Source: Piromyces finnis finn
Taxonomy: Eukaryota; Fungi; Neocallimastigomycota
Reading direction: 5' to 3'
Assembly (NCBI GenBank): GCA_002104945.1
Contig: MCFH01000089.1
Location: 63,316-127,315 of the forward strand
DNA: 64,000 nt
Shown here: one piece after another, positions 55,798 to 64,000 of the stretch
Position numbering within the stretch: position 1 is the stretch's first letter
Layout: every line of letters begins with the position of its first letter
Program-made: the position numbers and the translations under genes
Notes under the pieces: model-generated
Told to the model about the DNA's origin: nothing
The model's input: only the letters and a program-made list of their open reading frames with translations
The model's database searches: none

Positions 55798-55807
55798 TAT
55801 CATTTTA
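55798..55807 (-). promoter_or_regulatory. TAAAATGATA motif upstream of RPB1C-B
   Basis: Orthologous to 1924-1933. Confidence 0.7.
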
Positions 55808-56200
55808 AAACATAATCAGTTACCTTAATTATATATTTTATTAAATAAAAATATAAAATATTTTAATTATACTTTAATTTATTAATGTAATTATTGCAAT
55901 TAAAGTTACTTACTTTAAATATATATATTTAATCGAAGATTTTAATATTTATAATTTTATAATTTTATAATTTTATTATTACAATAATAAACACGTAAAA
56001 AAATTAAGTAAACACTAAATTTAACATTAATTAATAATAAAAGAAATAAAAAAAAAGTTTTAAAATAATATATATATATATTATAAAAATATAATAATAA
56101 TATATGTATTAATTTAAAATTTTATTAATTTTACAAATTTTTATATTTATATCTTATTTATACTATGAAATGTTATATTTGTAGTTGTTTAACTGTTTAA

Positions 56201-58393
56201 TTAGAAAACTATAAAATTAGAGTTGTTTTTGTAGGATGAATAAATTGTTCCATCTAAATTTCTTTTTATTAACAAGTAAGGTTTATTAATGTTATTAGAT
56301 TTTAATATTTCTAATGAAGACTTACATGGATAATAAATTTCATTTTCCCATATACCATAAACAATAAATTTTTCATCACTTTCATCTGTTACACTGTAAT
56401 GATAGGCAGATATATTTTTAATGATTTTACATAGAAATGAAAATGATGGTAAAGTATTGTAAAATTCATTGGCATCTTTTACTATCGGTATTTTTGGTAT
56501 TACTTCTGAATAAATGGATCTCCATAAATAACAGTTTTCCTTTGAATACTCTTTTTCTGTTATAAAAACAGTTTTATTATCAGTGTCAATAACATATTGT
56601 TTGATGTATTTGCTTAACATTTTGTTGTCTATAATTGAAATAGAATTTTTTTTATACATAGACAATATTGCATTTATAATATCTTCATTAAAACTGAATA
56701 AATTATCTTTTGGACCTACTACATATTCATATCTATAGTTAGGAAATGTGTATAACTTAGAGGTATTTAACATGACTATTAAAAAGGGAAATGAAGAATT
56801 AAAATTATAAACATTATTAAAAACACAATATGGATATACATTCATATTATTATCTATTGAAAAAGAAAGGATATTAATATCGTCGAAATCTCCATTTTCA
56901 TTTTCTTCTTTTATTATTTTTAATTGTTTTCGTTTAAACAAATCTCTTAGGGTATTTATTAAATCATCTTGACTAGGAATGTTAACATATGTATTACATT
57001 TGGAACAGGTTATAAATCTATTGGATATCTCTGGAATGTCGAAATAAATTCGATATAAATCCAACAATTCATAACCGTAGGAAATAAATAAATTAGAAGG
57101 AAATTGACCTTTACAATGTTCATTTAATTCATAAGTTATATTAAAATATACGACTTTCTTTTTTTCTTTATACTTTCTTATGACTTTAACACATTTAGGA
57201 ATTCCATTATTATCTGTGGATTTTGCATTTTTGGAAAGGATAATTTTATATCCAGAATTTTCGGGAGATCTAAAATAATTTTTATTCCATTGAACATATG
57301 GTATTCCATTTTGGATGCATTTCTCTTTATCAGCAATTACTGGTAATACTTTATCTTTATTATTAAAATATCTGGTATAATATTTCCCAAACAATCTATT
57401 ATAGTTTATTTTTATCGGGATACTAAAAGGTTCATTTCCTTCATAATAACTTATATGGAAATCAATATAAAATATGTATATATAATTTAATACTTTTTTA
57501 ATAGCCAAATACATATACCATTCCAAATCTTGAAATTGAATTGTTTCAGTAAATTGTTTATATTTATTATATAGAAACATATCTACAGATTGGTTAAAAA
57601 TATTCATTGTGTAAATTACCTTTTCTTTATCTTTTATCAAATTTTCACTTTCATTAGTATATATATAGGGATATAGACCATTTGCGTATATCATTAAATC
57701 AAATATCTGGAAATTTATAGCTATTGGATAGATAAAAGAAGCATTACATGGAGTAAATCTAATTAGTATTTGTTCATTGGAGTTATTTAAACATTCTAAT
57801 ATTTTACAAATGATATTGTCATATGTATCTCTTTCGGAAAACGTAATTTTATCTTTAGTAATTTTTATACTATCATGGCAACATTTAATAACTATATAGT
57901 TATCTGAATTCTCAATATCTTTAACTTTATCAACTTTTATTAGATTTTGATTATAGGGGTAGATTTCGGTATAGCAGTTATTGAAGTAATGATAAAAATG
58001 TAACTCTTCAATAAAAGCAAATGCATATTGACAAGTATTTGGCAAATCTAATTTTATTATTTTATTATACACTTCTTTAAAAATATGAGTTGAAATATTT
58101 ATTGATATATAAAAATTTGTTTTTGTTGTATCCTTTAAATCAAAGTTATATTTAAATGTTTTCTCTTTATATTTTTTTTCCAAAACGTTAAATAGCGAGA
58201 AAATAGTTGAATAATTAATATTACTATTCATATTCTCTTTATATTTAATTATATATTGATCTTTTGAAAGCTTATTGCAGTCAATGATATTTATTCCTTC
58301 GAAAAAAGGAAAACATTCATTGTTTATTATTATTTCATGTTCGAATGATCTTCTATCATTTAATAAACTACGAATAAATTCAATTATATCCAT
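56201..58393 (-). CDS. 730-aa probable VETF-L-like protein, variant B
   Basis: Homolog of 2211-4403; same caveats. Confidence 0.45.
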   Translation of the reverse strand: MDIIEFIRSLLNDRRSFEHEIIINNECFPFFEGINIIDCNKLSKDQYIIKYKENMNSNINYSTIFSLFNVLEKKYKEKTFKYNFDLKDTTKTNFYISINISTHIFKEVYNKIIKLDLPNTCQYAFAFIEELHFYHYFNNCYTEIYPYNQNLIKVDKVKDIENSDNYIVIKCCHDSIKITKDKITFSERDTYDNIICKILECLNNSNEQILIRFTPCNASFIYPIAINFQIFDLMIYANGLYPYIYTNESENLIKDKEKVIYTMNIFNQSVDMFLYNKYKQFTETIQFQDLEWYMYLAIKKVLNYIYIFYIDFHISYYEGNEPFSIPIKINYNRLFGKYYTRYFNNKDKVLPVIADKEKCIQNGIPYVQWNKNYFRSPENSGYKIILSKNAKSTDNNGIPKCVKVIRKYKEKKKVVYFNITYELNEHCKGQFPSNLFISYGYELLDLYRIYFDIPEISNRFITCSKCNTYVNIPSQDDLINTLRDLFKRKQLKIIKEENENGDFDDINILSFSIDNNMNVYPYCVFNNVYNFNSSFPFLIVMLNTSKLYTFPNYRYEYVVGPKDNLFSFNEDIINAILSMYKKNSISIIDNKMLSKYIKQYVIDTDNKTVFITEKEYSKENCYLWRSIYSEVIPKIPIVKDANEFYNTLPSFSFLCKIIKNISAYHYSVTDESDEKFIVYGIWENEIYYPCKSSLEILKSNNINKPYLLIKRNLDGTIYSSYKNNSNFIVF

Positions 58394-58492
58394 TGTTTAA
58401 AATTAATCTATTTTACTAATTAAAATTTAATATTTATAATAATAAATTAATTTTTATATAAAATTTGAAACAATTTTTAATAAAACTCTAAA

Positions 58493-58585
58493 TATCATTT
58501 TAATTTTTTTTGTAATTTTAACAATTTAAAATATTAATAATATTCTTTCGTTCTTTTCTTTTTTTTTCTTTTTTATAAAATGATA
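58493..58585. promoter_or_regulatory. Divergent TAAAATGATA pair, variant B
   Basis: Orthologous to 4525-4612. Confidence 0.75.
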
Positions 58586-58883
58586 ATAAATAATTAAAAA
58601 TTTTAATAAATTAAAATTAAAAAATTATGATTTAAATTTTATTTTTATAATTATTTATATAGGTATTATTTACAATTTAAGAATACATAATATATAAAAT
58701 ATAATAAAATATAAAAAATACATAAAATATATAAAAAACATTTAAATATTACTTAAAATTTATAAATTCTTAATTTTTTTTTACTTTTTCTAATATATAA
58801 AAATTACTTTATTAATTTATATTTAAATAAAGTCTTTTTATACATTTTTTTAAACTATTTAGATTTAGTTTTATTTTACATTA

Positions 58884-59132
58884 ATGGCAAACTTATCGAT
58901 TAATTCATTAGATAAATTTTTTGAGGAATCTGCTTTATTTAAAGAAGACAGAATAAGAGAACAACAAGAACTAAAATTATTAGAAAGTGAAATGAATAAT
59001 GTATCAGATAGCTCATTATATTGCAAGAGATGCCGAAACAATAATATTGATATTAGACGTGTACAAATTCGTCGTAGTGATGAAGAAGCTACATTAGTAT
59101 ATTATTGTTTAAATTGTAGAAAGATTATTTAA
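58884..59132 (+). CDS. TFIIS-like Zn-ribbon factor, variant B
   Basis: CKRC...QIRRSDEEAT..YYCLNC. Confidence 0.85.
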   Translation: MANLSINSLDKFFEESALFKEDRIREQQELKLLESEMNNVSDSSLYCKRCRNNNIDIRRVQIRRSDEEATLVYYCLNCRKII

Positions 59133-59492
59133 ATATTAAATTTAAAATATATCTATTAATGAATTTTATAAATTAAAAAAAAAAAATTAAATTAAATTAA
59201 AATTATCAATTTTAAAAAATAACATATTTTATATTTTATTGCATTATTACATCATTACATATAATATATTTATTAAATTAGTTATGATATATTTATAACT
59301 AATTTATAATACATTTATATTACGTATTAAATATTATTATAAATCAGCATTTTCTTTTATTTATATTAAAAATTACATAATTATATTATATATATAAATA
59401 CTTTTAATTAACTATAAATTATATATATCAATAATTATACTATAATATATAATTTACTTTTTTAAAATAAAAATCATCACTTAATATTGATA

Positions 59493-59502
59493 TAAAATGA
59501 TA
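59493..59502 (+). promoter_or_regulatory. TAAAATGATA motif upstream of the 282-aa gene
   Basis: Orthologous to 5614-5623. Confidence 0.7.
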
Positions 59503-59619
59503 ATATAAATTTTTCTTTATGCAATCTCAAAAATTTCTTTTGTATTATTTCATCAATTGATTTATTTACAAATAAGATTTCTATAATTTTAAAGAAGATA
59601 TATATATTTAAATATTAGT

Positions 59620-60468
59620 ATGACTAATATATCTAATACGCCTGGTTCGGAACAACTTGTAAAATTGGTTGATTCAAAAAATAAATCTAATAATCCTCGT
59701 TTGGATTATTACAAAAGAGTTTTAGCTTCATGCTATTCAGATATCGGTTTTCAAACTATGGTCAATACAATAAATTTTAAAGAAATTGTTCCATTACCTA
59801 AAAATAACAGTATGTATAGATTTGTTGTTAAATGTTATAATAATGCCAGCAATGTCATAATTGGCGCTGTAAACGATTCTTCTGATTTATCATTATCTGA
59901 TTTGCCCACTTTATCCATTCCAATGACTCATTACCATCTCAATAAAAATAATTTCATTCAAGATAGCTTTTTCCATAGAATATCAAATAATGAAAATAAT
60001 TCTACCAACAAATTCATTTGTCATGTTCGATTAGTTGACGAAAAAATAAAAGATTTAATCTCAAATTATATAAAGAATATTGATATGACTTCACCAATCG
60101 CAAACTTACTTGCTAAAAACAAGGTCACTTATAATCAAAATTGGACGTATACAGGAATAATCAATAAAACTAAAGATATTGAATATATTAATTTTCGTTA
60201 TTTCAAAGATCCAATTAAAGAAAAATTTAAAATAGGAACAAATGTATATTGTGGAGATGTTTATTCGAAAGAAGTTGCTAATCTTCTTTCCAAAAATACT
60301 TTTTGTTATATTCATGGTAATATTTATCCTATTATTAAAGTTTGTTATGTATTAGTTAACGAGCGAGTTATTAATGGAGTACCAATGGTAAATTTTACTT
60401 GCAAAGCTTATTTTGTTGATATTAATATCTCTTCTGATTCTCTTCGTCTTAGTACCGAGAGATTATAA
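59620..60468 (+). CDS. 282-aa conserved hypothetical protein (possible SSB), variant B
   Basis: Homolog of 5760-6599. Confidence 0.75.
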   Translation: MTNISNTPGSEQLVKLVDSKNKSNNPRLDYYKRVLASCYSDIGFQTMVNTINFKEIVPLPKNNSMYRFVVKCYNNASNVIIGAVNDSSDLSLSDLPTLSIPMTHYHLNKNNFIQDSFFHRISNNENNSTNKFICHVRLVDEKIKDLISNYIKNIDMTSPIANLLAKNKVTYNQNWTYTGIINKTKDIEYINFRYFKDPIKEKFKIGTNVYCGDVYSKEVANLLSKNTFCYIHGNIYPIIKVCYVLVNERVINGVPMVNFTCKAYFVDINISSDSLRLSTERL

Positions 60469-63400
60469 GTATTTAAGATTATCAATGAATATTATGATAT
60501 TATGAATTAATATTTTATTTGTATAAATAATATTTATTTATATATGCAATTAATAATAATTGATAAATATTTAATTATTAATATTTAAAATCAATTAGTT
60601 ATTCAAAATTAGTTATATATTACGATTTTTTATTTTTAAAATTATATATATAAGATTTATTATATTTGTAATTGTATAATTATATAGCTATTATATCACT
60701 GTATAATTATTTTAAAATCTTTGTTATTAATATATATATATATATATATTTTAAAAAAAATAAATATTTAAATTTAAATAAAAAAAAATACATAATAAAA
60801 AAATAATTAAATTTTAAAAATATAAAAGTAATAACAAATAATAGGATTAATAAGAATTTATATAAATATAAATTTATATATAAAGAGTATGGAAAATAAG
60901 ATATATAATATAAGATTTATATTTTTTTTTTAAAAAATATAAAATTACAAATACAATGTTATTATAATAATATAATATAATATTTTCTTTTTATAATTAA
61001 GAATTAAAAATTTAAATTTTTTATTTTATTATTATTTATTTATTTATTTATTTTGATAATTAAAAAGGAAAAAAAAATAACTATCATATATATAAGAAAG
61101 AAAAAGAAAAGAGAAAAAAAGAATTAAAATTATAAAATAGCAATTAAGTCATATTTAAATAAATATTCTTTCCAAACATCAATTATATTATATCTTGTTG
61201 TTTTAATTAAATTTGGTATTGAAGAAATTAAAGTATATAATAAAAATGCTTGTTTCGGCCTCTTACAACAATATTCATTAATGTTATCGTTAGTTACGGT
61301 ATTTACTATGTATTCTATTAAATCATTGTTTTCATTTGTATTATTTTCGAATAAATCTGTAATTTCCGAAAAAGAAATTTTTTTATAATTTTTTAACAAA
61401 GGTAATTCACATTCTATATTATCAAAACATACAGAGTATATTAACACTTCTATTAATTCTTTTTTATCATAAAAATTATTTATATTTCTACCACGATTTA
61501 TATTTCGAAGATTATTCGAATCTTTATTGTTTTTTGAGTAAAGATTTAAATTATTGCACAAGTCGCAATAACGAAGAGTAAAGTCATTACATAATACATA
61601 AACATATTTCAGACGATTATTAATCCGTTTACTTGTTTCTTCATCATAATGTTTTTTAAATACAGAAGATAAGCTTTTCAATTTTTTATCCTTTAATAAA
61701 GTCCAATTTTTAAATTTACTATCACTATAAATAATCATTTTGGTAAAATCATTAACAGAACGTTTTTTGTTACTGGCATAAGAAGTGTTTTTAATACTAG
61801 AAAAATAGGAGATATAGAACAATCCTTCGTATTCTAGCCAATAAGGACTGAATAGATATTTAATATTTTTTAAGTTTAATTTAAAACCATACTTTAAAAT
61901 TTCGAGAATTTCTGTATATAAGAGTTTAGAAATGATGTTATAAAACTCATTCATTAAATTAGTTTCTAAAAGATTTTCCATATTTTTTATGTAATTTACA
62001 ATTTTTTCATCTCCGATTTTTAATAAAGGATAATGATTTTGGGTAGCATTTTGAGAATTATATTCAATATTTTTATTTTTATAATCTTTTAATGAATCAT
62101 TTGGCATATAGAAGTTAGAAAATACGTCAATAGACATGTTGATTTCAATTATATTTGTAGTATTTTTCTTATCATTACTACAACAATGAATATTTGATGC
62201 TGTATCAAGATAAAATAGCCCGCATGAGTATTCTAAGATTTTTTCATTGATAATAACATTTTTAGTTCTAATAATATCAATAATTTTGTTTAGCATAAAT
62301 TTATTTACCGTGGATACTTTTTTTCTGAAATCTTTAAGGCTTATATAATCACATGAATTGAATACATTTTTAAATTCATTACATACTATTGAAAGGTACT
62401 TTGATAAATTTTCATCTAGATAATTTTTAGAATATTGAAAACTGTCTATGGTGTCAGTATTTGTATCATCGGAATTATTTTTCGATTTATTTTTACAAAT
62501 TAATGCTTCAATAGAAGCATTTTGTAAAGCTTCATTATACCTTAGTGCTTGATTATACTTTTTTTCACTGATTATATATTTGACATAATCAATACTGTAA
62601 TTTATTGAATTTTCATATTCGAATTCATAATCCTTGTTATAGGCCATGTACAGATAAATATTAACGTTTCTTTGATCTGGTGGTAGAGCATCATGAGATC
62701 CTACTCTACGAATTCGACCAATAATTTGATTGATTTTTTCATAGTTCCAGTGTGGTGTTAATATATGCAATTGGCGAACATTCATGATATCTACACTTTC
62801 TGATAAAATATCGCTTCCAAGAAGGACCTTAATAGATGCACCATTTCTATTATTTATATCATTAAATATACTTAAGCGCTCCATAACATTTGGACATAGC
62901 CTTTTATCCCCGGTAACAAAGGTAAAATTCCATTTTGTTCTGTTTCTTTTCATTCGCATTTCTTTTAATCCAGGATAATTGGTATTTTCGCTCAAAGATA
63001 ACTTTTGCCCGTATTTTAATGCTGTTTTTTTATCATAAATATATTTATAGCCCATTGCACAGAGCAAAGCTGAAAAATAATAAATCCCTACCTCATCAAT
63101 AATATTACAGTAAATAAAAACAGGACCATCAGGGCTATTTTCACTATTAATAATTTTAAGGCATTCATGCAATTTACAACAGTAATCTTCCATTTTACTT
63201 GATTGCTTTTTTATAATATTTTGAATAGTTGCATTATTATTAACAATATCTCCATTTTTTAAACTATATCTATCCATAGAAATTTTATTATTATTGTTAT
63301 TATTGTTATTATTGTTATTAATGTTATTAATGTTATTATTACTATTTTCATTGTTATTATTGTTATTAATGTTATTAATGTTATTATTACTATTTTCATT

Positions 63401-64000
63401 GTTATTATTATCATTGGTATTGTCTTTTTTATTATCATCATTTTTATCATCTTCATCATCATTAGTATCATTTTCTTGTAAACCAATCACACCAAGAGTT
63501 GCCTTCACATGACTAATTCCAATATTACATATACATTCCGATTCCTCAACTAAATTTTTGTAGTTTTCAAGCTGTAATCCATTCATGGAAACTTTTAATA
63601 TTTTAAAACGGTTAATTCCTGGAATGTTGGATCCGATGAAGTTTACTGATGTATCAGGTGGATTTAATCCATAATATGATACATGACCTTTCATAATCGC
63701 TTCCAATTTTTCTGGTGTTATTTTAATGTTGAAATCAAAGTCTGGCTTTATTAATTTCACTAGACTTGTTATTTCATTATAGTTATCGAAAATTGGAGTG
63801 GCAGACATAAATAAAACTCTTGAATTTTTTATATTATTTAAAAATTTGAGTAATTTATTGTATATAATTTTATTACCGATGGTATTTCGAAAATGGTGTA
63901 TTTCGTCAATTATTAAAAGTCTATTTTCATATATAGAAATATCTTTTATATTTTCAACAGATTTACAAAAAGTAATGTAGGTGTGAAATTCTATGTATCT
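60428..64000 (+). repeat. Direct repeat copy 2 (runs off the window end)
   Basis: Matches 6559-10131 at offset 53,869 with no visible indel. Confidence 0.93.
61130..64000 (-). CDS. D6/D11-like SF2 helicase, second copy (5' end beyond the window)
   Basis: Identical translation to the matching part of 7261-10500; the frame stays open to the window edge. Confidence 0.9.
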   Translation of the reverse strand, partial: RYIEFHTYITFCKSVENIKDISIYENRLLIIDEIHHFRNTIGNKIIYNKLLKFLNNIKNSRVLFMSATPIFDNYNEITSLVKLIKPDFDFNIKITPEKLEAIMKGHVSYYGLNPPDTSVNFIGSNIPGINRFKILKVSMNGLQLENYKNLVEESECICNIGISHVKATLGVIGLQENDTNDDEDDKNDDNKKDNTNDNNNNENSNNNINNINNNNNNENSNNNINNINNNNNNNNNNNKISMDRYSLKNGDIVNNNATIQNIIKKQSSKMEDYCCKLHECLKIINSENSPDGPVFIYCNIIDEVGIYYFSALLCAMGYKYIYDKKTALKYGQKLSLSENTNYPGLKEMRMKRNRTKWNFTFVTGDKRLCPNVMERLSIFNDINNRNGASIKVLLGSDILSESVDIMNVRQLHILTPHWNYEKINQIIGRIRRVGSHDALPPDQRNVNIYLYMAYNKDYEFEYENSINYSIDYVKYIISEKKYNQALRYNEALQNASIEALICKNKSKNNSDDTNTDTIDSFQYSKNYLDENLSKYLSIVCNEFKNVFNSCDYISLKDFRKKVSTVNKFMLNKIIDIIRTKNVIINEKILEYSCGLFYLDTASNIHCCSNDKKNTTNIIEINMSIDVFSNFYMPNDSLKDYKNKNIEYNSQNATQNHYPLLKIGDEKIVNYIKNMENLLETNLMNEFYNIISKLLYTEILEILKYGFKLNLKNIKYLFSPYWLEYEGLFYISYFSSIKNTSYASNKKRSVNDFTKMIIYSDSKFKNWTLLKDKKLKSLSSVFKKHYDEETSKRINNRLKYVYVLCNDFTLRYCDLCNNLNLYSKNNKDSNNLRNINRGRNINNFYDKKELIEVLIYSVCFDNIECELPLLKNYKKISFSEITDLFENNTNENNDLIEYIVNTVTNDNINEYCCKRPKQAFLLYTLISSIPNLIKTTRYNIIDVWKEYLFKYDLIAIL

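Larger units (their letters stand above)
6559..60427. mobile_element. One 53,869-bp period of a nucleocytovirus-derived element (replication plus early-transcription core and secreted cargo; no virion genes seen)
   Basis: Gene order recurs at a constant offset of 53,869 (6599/60468, 7261/61130, 10131/64000). Contains polB, RPB1N, RPB1C, RPB2, capping enzyme, D5, UDG, D6/D11 helicase and a TFIIS-like gene. The boundaries are a repeat phase, not proven termini. Confidence 0.85.

Noticed and set aside
181-63980. Numerous 60-140 aa ORFs antisense to or overlapping long genes (e.g. 9425-9643, 25755-26120, 33393-33821, 54718-54966)
   Set aside because: Shadow frames of real genes or of low-complexity tracts (poly-L/S/I); no independent motifs.
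1-64000. tRNA/rRNA genes, capsid gene, hairpin telomeres or TIRs
   Set aside because: No cloverleaf, rRNA-like, jelly-roll-like or terminal structures were recognisable; a highly diverged capsid cannot be excluded without structure searches.

Overview
Extremely AT-rich eukaryotic DNA. The host is most likely an anaerobic gut fungus (Neocallimastigomycota); this is inferred from base composition, Asn microsatellite tracts and the secreted-protein families. Almost the whole window is a nucleocytovirus (NCLDV)-derived element arranged head-to-tail with a 53,869-bp period. One period (6559-60427) encodes a replication and early-transcription core: family B DNA polymerase, D5-like SF3 helicase, altered UDG, RPB1 split into two genes, RPB2, a TFIIS-like Zn ribbon, a trifunctional capping enzyme, a D6/D11-like SF2 helicase and a probable VETF large subunit. 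It also carries a ~21-kb block of intronless secreted cargo: a 2241-aa aerolysin-like/lectin protein, a 2717-aa internally duplicated protein, a CBM18 chitin binder and a GPI-like Cys-rich protein. I see no capsid protein, packaging ATPase, late transcription factor or integrase. Positions 1-6558 are a diverged variant of 53870-60427, whereas 6559-10131 appear identical to 60428-64000. A motif TAAAATGAT(A/T), resembling a poxvirus early promoter core, lies in sense orientation upstream of 15 of 23 gene starts, including three of the four secreted cargo genes. It is conserved between the two diverged variants even though their spacers are otherwise unalignable. Best hypothesis: a capsidless, self-transcribing, virus-derived killer-plasmid-like element. 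All family calls come from motif recognition by eye; no searches were run.
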